Shown: positions 38,173-46,754, numbered from the stretch's first letter. The stretch is DNA of 64,000 bases from an uncultured Gemmatimonadales bacterium (GCA_963821525.1 CAWGED010000018.1:259-64258); one strand, 5' to 3'. Numbers and translations are program-made. Notes: generated by a model from the sequence alone, not told the origin.

Positions 38173-39402
38173 GTGCCCCTCCACGTCACCTCAGAGATCG
38201 GCCGACTCGAAACGGTGCTGGTCCACACCCCCGGACCGGAACTCAAGGCGGTCACCCCGACCAATCGGGCGGACTATCTCTATGACGACATCATCGCCCT
38301 GGAGATCGCCCAACGGGAGCATCGGCGGTTCGTGTCGGTGTTGCAGCGTTTCGCCGAGGTCTGGCAGGTGAGCGATCTGCTTGCCGAGGTGTTGGAGCAG
38401 GGGGAGGCGAGGGAGTTCCTGACGACGCGGACGCTGGCGGTGGTGCCGTCGGAGCCGCTGGCGCGGCGGCTCGCTTCGTTGCCGCCCCGAGAGATTGTGC
38501 GGCTCCTGATCGAGGGAGACCAGGAGGAGGCGGGTCCCCTGGCCAAGGCACTCAACAGCGGCGGGTTCACCCTGCCACCCTTGCCCAATCTGTTTTTCCC
38601 CCGGGACATCGGCATGGTCATTGGGCGCCACGCCGTGGTGGGAGCCATGCGGCACCGGGTGCGGTGGACCGAGGAGCTGTTGATCGCGACTCTGTTCCGG
38701 TTCCATCCCGCGCTCGCCAACGACGGCCTGCTGTACGACGGATCCGAGGAGCAGCGCAACACCTACACGCTGGAGGGCGGGGACGTGCACCTGCTGCGGC
38801 CCGATCTCCTGGTCGTGGGCTTCAGCGAGCGCTCCTCACCCGCGGCGCTGGATCAACTCTGCGAGCTGGTCTTCGCGAGCACGACGGTCACCGACGTCAT
38901 CGTCGTGGTCATGCCCAAGGAACCAACCGCCATTCATCTCGACATGCTCTTCACCCAGGTGGATCACGAACTCTGCGTCGTCTACCCACCCTACTTCCTC
39001 GGCCCGGAGCGGCGGGCGGTGCTGCACCGTCGCAAGGGAGAAGAGGCGGTCCACGAGATGCCCGATTTCTTCGCCGCGGTCCGCGCGGTCGGTCTGCCGT
39101 TGCAGCCGGTGTTTGCCGGAGGGGCACGAAGGGTCAGCCAGGAGAGGGAGCAATGGACCTCGGGCTGCAACCTGATGGCGCTCCGTCCCGGTGTCGTGGT
39201 GAGCTACCGGCGGAACGAGGCCACGCTGGATGAGCTCAGGAAGACCGGGTTCCGTCTCGTCTCCAGCGTCGATTTCGTGGCGTTCGACGACTGGCTCGAC
39301 ACCAAGCACCGGACCGTAGTCACGATCGAAGGTGACGAGCTGGTCCGGGGCGGGGGCGGTCCGCGCTGCATGACGCTGCCGCTGCGTCGGGCCGAACCGT
39401 GA
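38173..39402 (+). CDS. arcA: arginine deiminase family protein
   Basis: HVTSEIGRLETVLVHTPGPEL N-terminus and C-terminal GGGGPRCMTLPL. Start is GTG 38173 (TTG 38158 is possible). Confidence 0.8.
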   Translation: MPLHVTSEIGRLETVLVHTPGPELKAVTPTNRADYLYDDIIALEIAQREHRRFVSVLQRFAEVWQVSDLLAEVLEQGEAREFLTTRTLAVVPSEPLARRLASLPPREIVRLLIEGDQEEAGPLAKALNSGGFTLPPLPNLFFPRDIGMVIGRHAVVGAMRHRVRWTEELLIATLFRFHPALANDGLLYDGSEEQRNTYTLEGGDVHLLRPDLLVVGFSERSSPAALDQLCELVFASTTVTDVIVVVMPKEPTAIHLDMLFTQVDHELCVVYPPYFLGPERRAVLHRRKGEEAVHEMPDFFAAVRAVGLPLQPVFAGGARRVSQEREQWTSGCNLMALRPGVVVSYRRNEATLDELRKTGFRLVSSVDFVAFDDWLDTKHRTVVTIEGDELVRGGGGPRCMTLPLRRAEP

Positions 39403-40256
39403 ACGGCCTCACGGCGTATCCGGCGCGGACCCTGGTCGAGCGCGCGCTCGATCTGCTGTTGGTGGAGCCCTGTGGCGCGGACCGGTTATCGCGCGAGGTG
39501 CTGGGTCTCCCCAACGCGCCGCGGGCTGTCGCGGAACGTCTCGCGGTGGCGCTGCTGGGTGCCGATCCGCGGATCCACCGGCTGAATGATGGACGCTGGG
39601 CGGTGGTGGCGGAGGTGCAGGGGTCTCCGCTGATCGAGGAGTGCGCCTTTGCCGTGGTGGATTGCGAGACGACTGGAGTGCGCGCCGCCGGCTCCGATCG
39701 GATTACTGACATCGCGGTGGTGGTAGTTCAGGGGGCGAGACGCGAGCTGGTCTTCGAGTCGCTGGTGAATCCGGGCTTTCCGATTCCGACCTGGATCACC
39801 GGAATCACCGGCATCACCGATACCATGGTCCGTAACGCCCCACCCTTCGAGGAGATCGCGGAACAGCTCCTCGCCGCACTCGCCGGGCGGGTTTTCGTCG
39901 CGCACAATGCCCGTTTCGACTGGCGCTTCGTGGCCGCGGAGGTACGCCGCTCGAGCGATCTGGCGATGGATGGACCTCACATCTGTACCGTCCGGCTCGC
40001 CCGACGGCTCTTGCCGCATCTCCAATCGCGCAGCCTGGACAGCCTGACCTACTACTTCGGTCTCACCAATCCGGCGCGTCACCGTGCGACTGGTGATGCG
40101 TTAGCCACCGCGGAGCTCTTGAGCCGATTGCTTGAGCTGGCGCGGGACGCCGGGGCAAGGACTCTTTCGGATCTGGAAGGGATGATGTCGGGCAGAGGAG
40201 TTCCGGGTTCCGAGTTCCGAGTACGGAGGAAGAGATCCGCCCTACCTCGGTACTAG
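39399..40256 (+). CDS. DnaQ-like 3'-5' exonuclease domain protein
   Basis: ExoI VVDCETTG, ExoII VAHNARFD, ExoIII HRATGDA. The last 18 aa are encoded by the heptamer array. Confidence 0.8.
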   Translation: MNGLTAYPARTLVERALDLLLVEPCGADRLSREVLGLPNAPRAVAERLAVALLGADPRIHRLNDGRWAVVAEVQGSPLIEECAFAVVDCETTGVRAAGSDRITDIAVVVVQGARRELVFESLVNPGFPIPTWITGITGITDTMVRNAPPFEEIAEQLLAALAGRVFVAHNARFDWRFVAAEVRRSSDLAMDGPHICTVRLARRLLPHLQSRSLDSLTYYFGLTNPARHRATGDALATAELLSRLLELARDAGARTLSDLEGMMSGRGVPGSEFRVRRKRSALPRY

Positions 40257-40350
40257 GTACGGTACCGTACGCCTCGGATCGCCGGAACTCGGAACTCGGA
40301 ACTAGTTTGTTGTTTCTGTACTAGGTACTCAGGTACTAGGTACTAGGTAC
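40199..40350. repeat. heptamer-array palindrome (GTTCCGG GTTCCGA GTTCCGA | CCGGAAC TCGGAAC TCGGAAC) around GTACGGTACCGTAC, plus a GTACTAG x4 array
   Basis: Read directly. The GTACTAG words recur at 56509-56608. Confidence 0.75.
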
Positions 40351-40358
40351 TATTAATC

Positions 40359-41351
40359 ATGAAACTGACGACCTCATTCACTCTCGGAACCTTCCGCTGC
40401 CATCTACTCGAGGGCGGCCGCCAACGGCTGGACGGCGGTGCCATGTTCGGCGTCGTCCCCAAGCCGCTCTGGTCCAAGAAGATTCCGGCCGATGAGCGCA
40501 ACCGGATTCCTCTCACCATGCGCTGTCTCCTGGTGGAGCATCCCGATGGCCTGGTCCTGATCGATACGGCGCTGGGCGACAAGGAAGATCCAAAGTTCAT
40601 CGATATCTACGGGGTCGAGAACGCCGGCAATCCGGGGCCCACACAGTTAGAGGATGCCTTGCGCGCCGCGGGGCACCAGCCCGAAGACGTGCGTTGGGTG
40701 ATCAATACCCATCTGCATTTTGATCATGCGGGGGGGAATACGATCAAGGCGAACGGGGCGAACCGGTCGGACCAGGCGGACGGAGCGTCGGGAAGCTTGT
40801 CCGCCCCGACCGCCTCGTCCGTCCAGCTCGCCTTCCCAAATGCCACCTACATCGTCCAGAAGAACGAACTCGAATTCGCCCGCCACACCAATGAGCGGAC
40901 GCGCGCGAGTTATCTGCCGCATAACTTCGAACCGGTGGCCCAGGCTGGGCGCTGGAAGCTGGTCGAGGGCGACGTGGAGCTGCTGCCCGGAATCTCGACC
41001 CGGCTCACGCCCGGCCATGTGCCCTGGCATCAGAGCATCGTCCTGTCGAGCGGCGGGGAGACGGCGATTTACCTGGGCGACCTCATCCCGACCAGCGCCC
41101 ACCTGCCGCTGGTCTACATCATGGGATACGACCTGGAGCCATTGCGGACCCTGGAATCGAAGCGGGCTCTGTTCCGGGAAGCACTGGCAGGGGACTGGCT
41201 CCTCATTTTCGAGCATGACGCCCAGGTGGCGATGGGGCGGGCGGTGCCGGATGGGACGGGGCGTCGGCCTCGGCGAAGTGGTGGCCAGCCCCAGGGCCTA
41301 GAACCAAGGGGAAGTGGCGCAACCGTTGACCCACCACAGGGTTCCCGCTAG
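40359..41351 (+). CDS. MBL-fold metallo-hydrolase
   Basis: THLHFDHAGGN motif. In-frame 9-nt repeat tract at 40749-40793. The C-terminal tail looks non-conserved. Confidence 0.8.
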   Translation: MKLTTSFTLGTFRCHLLEGGRQRLDGGAMFGVVPKPLWSKKIPADERNRIPLTMRCLLVEHPDGLVLIDTALGDKEDPKFIDIYGVENAGNPGPTQLEDALRAAGHQPEDVRWVINTHLHFDHAGGNTIKANGANRSDQADGASGSLSAPTASSVQLAFPNATYIVQKNELEFARHTNERTRASYLPHNFEPVAQAGRWKLVEGDVELLPGISTRLTPGHVPWHQSIVLSSGGETAIYLGDLIPTSAHLPLVYIMGYDLEPLRTLESKRALFREALAGDWLLIFEHDAQVAMGRAVPDGTGRRPRRSGGQPQGLEPRGSGATVDPPQGSR

Positions 41352-41513
41352 CTTTGCTCCCCAAGTGAGGGCCTCCGGGCTCTCCACCCCCAGCCCCCGC
41401 GATGGTCGCGGCGGCGCGAACGGGTCCTTGAGCAGCGCATCACGGCGGGGCCGACCCGTTCCGTCTCCTGTTCCCGGACACCCGAATTCGCCCTGGGTGT
41501 CCGGTTTCTTTTT
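41326..41513 (+). promoter_or_regulatory. candidate leader/attenuator of the infC-rpmI-rplT operon
   Basis: TTGACC-17-TAGCTT (41326-41354), about 120 nt of structured GC-rich RNA, then an intrinsic terminator ending 16 nt before the infC start region. Confidence 0.35.
41474..41513 (+). terminator. intrinsic terminator
   Basis: Stem CCGGACACCC/GGGTGTCCGG, 11-nt loop, then TTTCTTTTT. Confidence 0.75.
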
Positions 41514-41529
41514 GCCAGAGGTGTGAGGC

Positions 41530-42051
41530 CTGTCGACAAACGAGCGTGAACGTCGCGTCCGCGTGAATCGGATGATCCGCATCAGTCCCGTGCGGGTCAT
41601 CACCAACACGGGAGAGCAACTGGGGGTCCTGCCGATCGAAGAGGCCCTCGCCGCTGCTCAGGAGCGCGGACTGGATCTGGTGGAAGTGGCCCCGATGGCG
41701 CGGCCCCCCGTGGTCAAGATCATGGACTACGGGAAGTACAAGTTCGAAGAGGCCAAGGCGGCACGGGCGGCGAAGAAAAAGCAGCATGTGATCCAGATCA
41801 AGGAGGTGAAGTACCGGCCCGGGATCGACGATCACGACTTCGATTTCAAGACCCGGCATGCGCGGGAGTTCCTGACCGAGGGGAACAAGGTCAAGGTGAC
41901 CATGATGTTCCGCGGCCGGCAGATCGCGCATCTGGAGTTTGGCAAGGCGGTGATTGACCGAGTGGCCACCAGCCTGGCCGACATCGGCAAGATCGAGCAG
42001 GAGGCGAAGCTCGAGGGCCGCAACATGGTGATGGTGCTGGCGCCGAAATAG
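41530..42051 (+). CDS. infC: translation initiation factor IF-3 (probable CTG start; minimal ORF starts at GTG 41563)
   Basis: STNERERRVRVNRMIRISPVRVITNTGEQLGV..LDLVEV..MDYGKYKFE. In-frame stop at 41524; AGAGG lies 9 nt upstream of the CTG. Confidence 0.85.
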   Translation: MSTNERERRVRVNRMIRISPVRVITNTGEQLGVLPIEEALAAAQERGLDLVEVAPMARPPVVKIMDYGKYKFEEAKAARAAKKKQHVIQIKEVKYRPGIDDHDFDFKTRHAREFLTEGNKVKVTMMFRGRQIAHLEFGKAVIDRVATSLADIGKIEQEAKLEGRNMVMVLAPK

Positions 42052-42106
42052 ACGGTTGACGGAAAGACGGCTATGGCTTCGCCGGCCGTCTAACCGTCAA
42101 ACCGTC
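42051..42106. repeat. heptamer-array hairpin (GACGGTT GACGGAAA GACGGC | GCCGTCT AACCGTC AAACCGTC)
   Basis: Read directly; lies between infC and rpmI. Confidence 0.7.
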
Positions 42107-42139
42107 TGACTAGGAAATCGACGCTCAATAGGAGCTGCA

Positions 42140-42334
42140 ATGCCGAAAATGAAGACCAAGCGCGCCGCGATGAAGCGCTTCATCAGGACCGGGACGGGGA
42201 AGCTGAAGCGCTTCCACGCCAACCACACGCATATCCTGACGAAGAAGACGCGGAAGCGTAAGAACCGGCTCAAGAAGGCCGACTACGTGAGCTCGGCCGA
42301 TTTCCCGCGCGTGAACCGCCTGCTGCAGGCGTAG
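42140..42334 (+). CDS. rpmI: 50S ribosomal protein L35
   Basis: [14 protein letters not shown]...; 64 aa. Confidence 0.95.
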   Translation: MPKMKTKRAAMKRFIRTGTGKLKRFHANHTHILTKKTRKRKNRLKKADYVSSADFPRVNRLLQA

Positions 42335-42346
42335 GAGGATTCCGCC

Positions 42347-42700
42347 ATGCCTCGCGTGAAGAGCAACGTCGCGCATCACGCGCGCAAGAAGAAGATCATG
42401 CAGGCGGCGAAGGGCGCCCGCGGTGCCCGGAGCAAGCTCTACAAGCCTGCCAAGGAGACCGTCGAGCGGGGCATGCAGTACGCCTACCGCGACCGGCGCA
42501 AGAAGAAGGGTGAGTTCCGCCGTCTGTGGATCACCCGGATCAACGCCGCCGCCCGGATGCACGGCTTCAACTACAGCGGCCTGATGGCGGCGCTCAAGAA
42601 GGCTGGCGTCGAGATCAACCGGAAGGTGCTGGCGGATCTCGCGGTGAAGGACATCGACGCCTTCGCCAAGATCACCGAAGTCGCCAAGGCGGCGAGCTAG
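42347..42700 (+). CDS. rplT: 50S ribosomal protein L20
   Basis: [27 protein letters not shown]. Confidence 0.95.
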   Translation: MPRVKSNVAHHARKKKIMQAAKGARGARSKLYKPAKETVERGMQYAYRDRRKKKGEFRRLWITRINAAARMHGFNYSGLMAALKKAGVEINRKVLADLAVKDIDAFAKITEVAKAAS

Positions 42701-42707
42701 AACAGCA

Positions 42708-42755
42708 GGTGTCAGGTGTCAGGGGCCAGGGGTCAGGTTGCTGGCCTCTGGCCCC
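42708..42755. repeat. heptamer array GGTGTCA GGTGTCA GGGGCCA GGGGTCA with hairpin GGGGCCAG...CTGGCCCC
   Basis: Read directly. Same word family as 37615-37640. Confidence 0.65.
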
Positions 42756-42790
42756 GTATCGTTTGACCCAATCCGTCACGTCCGTGCGCC

Positions 42791-43954
42791 ATGGCCAAAG
42801 CGGCTGATTACAAGGCTCTCACCGTCCTCGAGCCGATCGCTCGGGAGCTTGCGCGCATCCCGACGCTGGGGTCCGACGAGCTCGAGGCGCTCTACATCGA
42901 GCTGCTCGGCCGCAAGCAGGGAAGTCTGACGGCGGTTCTGAAGACGCTTCCCAGTCTGTCACCCGCAGAGAAGGCCCAGCTGGGGTCCGGCGCCAACGCG
43001 CTCAAGCGCGATCTCGAAACTGCGTTCGACGAGCGTCGCCAGGCGCTCAAGAGTGAGACTCATGCCCGGGCTCGTGAAGGTGTGGATCTCACCATGCCGG
43101 GACGCGGCCGCTGGGTTGGAGCGGAGCACCCCGTCACCCGGGTCACCGAGGAAATCGTCCAGATCTTCCACGGGCTGGGCTTCGCCCGCGCCACGGGACC
43201 GGAGATCGAAACCGAATGGTATAACTTCGGCGCTCTGAATTTCCCGCCCGATCACCCGGCGATGGACATGCACGACACGCTGTTCCTCGCCATCCCGGAG
43301 CGCCGGATCGTTCCCGACCGCCGAGCGAACCGCACCTCTGGAGTGGTGGAGACCCACGAGCGGCGGGCCAGCTCCGACAGGCGAAAGCCATCGGAAGGGC
43401 GCTTCCTGCTCCGGACCCATACTTCACCGGTACAGATCCGCACCCTGATGGCCCACAAGCCGCCGGTCCGGGTAGTGATTCCCGGCATGTGCTTCCGTAA
43501 GGATCCCTTCGATGCCTCACACGCGCCGGTCTTCGCCCAGATCGAGGGTCTGGTCGTCGATGAGGGGATCTCTTTCGTGGACTTGAAAGCCACCCTCAGC
43601 CACTTCGCGCAGGCTTTCTTCGGCAGCGACACATCGGTGCGGTTCCGGCCCTCGTTCTTTCCTTTCACCGAGCCGTCGGCCGAGATGGATGTCAGCTGCC
43701 GGATCTGCGGCGGGAGCGGATGCTCGGCCTGCAAGGGAACCGGCTGGATGGAGATCATGGGCGCCGGGATGGTGCATCCCGTGGTGCTGGAGAATTGCGG
43801 CATCGACCCCGATCGCTACACCGGTTTTGCCTTCGGGATGGGTCCGGCCCGAAGTGCGATGATCCGCTACGGAGTAAACGACATCCGGCTCTTCTACGAG
43901 GGCGACATGCGGTTTCTGGGTCAATTGTCGAAGCTACTAGGCGGTGAGCGGTGA
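42791..43954 (+). CDS. pheS: phenylalanine--tRNA ligase alpha subunit (with an insertion of about 30 aa)
   Basis: HPAMDMHDT..LLRTHTSPVQIR..FRPSFFPFTEPS..GAGMVHP. The stop lies inside the heptamer array. Confidence 0.9.
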   Translation: MAKAADYKALTVLEPIARELARIPTLGSDELEALYIELLGRKQGSLTAVLKTLPSLSPAEKAQLGSGANALKRDLETAFDERRQALKSETHARAREGVDLTMPGRGRWVGAEHPVTRVTEEIVQIFHGLGFARATGPEIETEWYNFGALNFPPDHPAMDMHDTLFLAIPERRIVPDRRANRTSGVVETHERRASSDRRKPSEGRFLLRTHTSPVQIRTLMAHKPPVRVVIPGMCFRKDPFDASHAPVFAQIEGLVVDEGISFVDLKATLSHFAQAFFGSDTSVRFRPSFFPFTEPSAEMDVSCRICGGSGCSACKGTGWMEIMGAGMVHPVVLENCGIDPDRYTGFAFGMGPARSAMIRYGVNDIRLFYEGDMRFLGQLSKLLGGER

Positions 43955-44081
43955 GCGGTAAGCGGTGAGCGGGCAATCGGCTGATCAACTTGGAGCGGCA
44001 TTGAGACAAGAATCGCGGAATTGGTAGGCAAACTGATCGGCGAAGCGGCCCGCTTACCGCTCGACCGCTCACCGCTCACGC
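43940..44081. repeat. heptamer-array palindrome (GCGGTGA GCGGTGA GCGGTAA GCGGTGA | TTACCGC TCGACCGC TCACCGC TCACGC)
   Basis: Read directly; the 75-nt spacer contains GCGGCATTGAG. Confidence 0.8.
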
Positions 44082-44092
44082 ATTTTCCAGTC

Positions 44093-46468
44093 ATGAACGT
44101 CTCCCGTCGCTGGCTCGAAGAATTCCTGCGCCGCCCGCTCGAGGCGAATGATCTCGCGCGCCGGCTGACTATGCTCGGGGCCGCGGTGGACGCGATCGAG
44201 CCGCTCCATCCCGGTCTGGAACAGGTCGTCATCGGGCTGGTCGAAACGGTGCGCCAGCATCCTAACGCCGACCGGCTGAGCCTCTGCGTGGTGAATGCCG
44301 GATCGGGGCAGACGCACAACGTGGTTTGCGGCGCTCCGAATGTCACCGCGGGGAAGAAGTATCCCTTCGCGCGGGTAGGAACGACGCTGCCCGGCGGACT
44401 CAAGCTCGAGAAGCGGAAGATCCGCGGCGAGACGTCCGAAGGAATGCTCTGTTCCGCGAGAGAGCTTGGACTCGGCGCCGACCACGAAGGGATTCTCGAG
44501 CTCGACACCGATGCTGCCCCCGGCACACCGTTACTCGAGGCGATTCCGCTAGCCGACGACCGCCTGGTGCTCGACATCTCGCCCAACCGGCCTGATCTCC
44601 TGGGACACAAGGGCATCGCGCGAGAGCTCGCCCACAGCTTCGCAGTTCCGTTCCGGCTCCCCACCATTCCGGGCGCGCCCGCCGATTCGATCGGTCCTCC
44701 ACGGCGTGAGGCTGGCCTCCGGACCGAGGTGGATGGCGTCGCGACCGGAACCGAGGATCCCGCAGGCTGTCCCCGGTTTCTGGGTGCGGTGTTGCGGGGG
44801 GTGAAGATCGCACCCTCGCCGAGATGGCTGGCGGATCGGCTGACGGCGGTGGGAGTTCGTCCCATCAACAATGTGGTTGATGCGACCAACTACGTGATGT
44901 TCGAGCTGAACCAGCCGATGCATGCCTACGATCTCGCCGACCTCAAGGGTGCCGAAGTCGTGGCTCGGCGCGCCTGGTCCGGTGAGAAGCTGGTCACCCT
45001 GGATGGGGTCGAGCGCAGCCTCACCACCGACATGACGGTCATCGCGGACGCAACCGGTGCCATCGGGATCGCGGGCGTGATGGGTGCCGCTCACGTGGAA
45101 GTGAAGGACAGTACGACCGACGTGTTCCTCGAGTGCGCCTGCTTCGACCCGCGCCGAGTCCGCCGGACCCGCCGGACGCTCAATCTCTCGACCGAGGCGA
45201 GCCATCGTTTCGAGCGCGGGATCGATCGCTGGGGTGGCCCGGACGCGCTGCGCCGCTGCATCGAGATCATCCAGGCCACGGCGGGAGGAACCGTTTCCGG
45301 TGAGCCGGTTGATGTCTGGCCCGAGGCGACCAATCCGCCACGGCTCTTCCTCCGAACCGAGCGGGTGAAGCAGGTACTGGGCGTCGATCTCAGTGTCGCC
45401 GACATCGAGAAATACCTGGTAGCCATCGGCTGCACCGTGCTCAACAAGCCCCAGGATCACCGTCTCGCGGTGGATGTGCCCGGGTGGCGTCCCGACCTGG
45501 CAACCGAGATCGATCTGGTGGAGGAGGTCGCCCGACTTCACGGCTACGACAATTTCCCCACCGAGCTGCGCGCTTTCCGCGTGGGTTCGTTCGAGGAAGA
45601 CCCGGTCGAGCCGGCCGCGGCGCGGGTGCGTCGCGGGCTCCTTGGCTGGGGACTCTACGAGGCGCAGTCGCTCTCCTTCGGAACGAAGGAGGACGAGTTC
45701 AGCGTCCCGCTCATGAATCCGCTCTCGGCTGAGGACGCATTCCTCCGGCGCACCCTGACCCCGGGCCTCAGCCGGTCGCTTCAGGCCAACTGGAGCCGTC
45801 ACGTGCGTGACGTTCGACTGTTCGAAATCGGTACCGTCTTCCGCCTTGGGGGCCCCGGAGAGCGGCCCCACGAGGAGCGGCGGGTTGCCGGGGTCGTCTC
45901 AGGAGCGAGGTCTCCCGCGCACTGGACTGCGGGGGGCGCCGCGCCCGACTATGACCAATGGGACCTGAAATCGCTCTTCGAGGCGGCCGTCGCTCTGGCG
46001 GTTCCCGGTGGACGTGTGCAAGTTGATACAGATGGGTGGGTTGCGGTCGCCCCCGAAGGCGGGAGGGTAGGCCGGGCTGGCCCGTTGGGGATTGAGGTTC
46101 CTCCCTGGGCTGCGTCTCCCTTCGGGTTCGAAGTCACGATTGATCCGTCGATCCGCCTGACTGGCAAGTTCGAGCCGTTGCCGGTAGTCCAGTCCGCGGG
46201 GCGCGATGTCGCTCTCGTGTTGCCGCCCGGCATCTCGAGTGCCCAGGTGATCGAGGTGCTTCGGAGTTCGGCAGGAACTCTGCTGGAATCGGCCGCAGTC
46301 TTCGACGAGTACAAGAACCCCGCCGCGGGATCCGGGCGGAGCGTGGCTTTTCACCTGGTGTTTCGCGCGGCGGATCGGACCCTGCGGGACGCGGAAGTGG
46401 ACGCGGCCGTAAGCCGGGCGGTGACGGCACTGGAGAGTGAGCTTGGCGCAAAACTACGAACGGCCTGA
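44093..46468 (+). CDS. pheT: phenylalanine--tRNA ligase beta subunit
   Basis: MNVSRRWLEEFL start, tRNA-binding domain, B3/4, B5 and FDX-ACB order; 791 aa. Confidence 0.9.
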   Translation: MNVSRRWLEEFLRRPLEANDLARRLTMLGAAVDAIEPLHPGLEQVVIGLVETVRQHPNADRLSLCVVNAGSGQTHNVVCGAPNVTAGKKYPFARVGTTLPGGLKLEKRKIRGETSEGMLCSARELGLGADHEGILELDTDAAPGTPLLEAIPLADDRLVLDISPNRPDLLGHKGIARELAHSFAVPFRLPTIPGAPADSIGPPRREAGLRTEVDGVATGTEDPAGCPRFLGAVLRGVKIAPSPRWLADRLTAVGVRPINNVVDATNYVMFELNQPMHAYDLADLKGAEVVARRAWSGEKLVTLDGVERSLTTDMTVIADATGAIGIAGVMGAAHVEVKDSTTDVFLECACFDPRRVRRTRRTLNLSTEASHRFERGIDRWGGPDALRRCIEIIQATAGGTVSGEPVDVWPEATNPPRLFLRTERVKQVLGVDLSVADIEKYLVAIGCTVLNKPQDHRLAVDVPGWRPDLATEIDLVEEVARLHGYDNFPTELRAFRVGSFEEDPVEPAAARVRRGLLGWGLYEAQSLSFGTKEDEFSVPLMNPLSAEDAFLRRTLTPGLSRSLQANWSRHVRDVRLFEIGTVFRLGGPGERPHEERRVAGVVSGARSPAHWTAGGAAPDYDQWDLKSLFEAAVALAVPGGRVQVDTDGWVAVAPEGGRVGRAGPLGIEVPPWAASPFGFEVTIDPSIRLTGKFEPLPVVQSAGRDVALVLPPGISSAQVIEVLRSSAGTLLESAAVFDEYKNPAAGSGRSVAFHLVFRAADRTLRDAEVDAAVSRAVTALESELGAKLRTA

Positions 46469-46754
46469 CGCTCGTCCGCTGAACGAGCTTGCCGAACTCC
46501 TCCAGCACGTTGGTGAGGAGCTCGCGGCTTGGCGCCGGCGATCGCTCAAGGCTGAAAGCGACGTGCAGGAGCTGAAGGCGAGGGGCGGTGTGCTGGTAGG
46601 TCCCGAGCTCATCCAGGCCCGGCAGCGAGTCATTGAACTCGAGCTGGAAAACCAGGCGCTGAGACGGCGGGTGGACGCGGCGGGTGAGCGGGTGCGGATG
46701 CTGGTAGACCGGTTGGCGTTCCTGGAGCAGGACGCCGGAGAGCTTGCCCCATGA
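46437..46754 (+). CDS. hypothetical coiled-coil protein upstream of zapA (ZapB-like role possible)
   Basis: 105 aa, heptad-rich (ELELENQALRRRV). Overlaps the pheT end and the zapA start. Confidence 0.5.
   Translation: MSLAQNYERPDARPLNELAELLQHVGEELAAWRRRSLKAESDVQELKARGGVLVGPELIQARQRVIELELENQALRRRVDAAGERVRMLVDRLAFLEQDAGELAP

Noticed and set aside
41352-41473. A search for a tRNA, SRP RNA, 6S RNA or T-box element in the gap before infC.
   Set aside because: No cloverleaf, no SRP domain IV motif, and no T-box specifier or T-box sequence was recognised. Only the promoter-leader-terminator hypothesis is retained.
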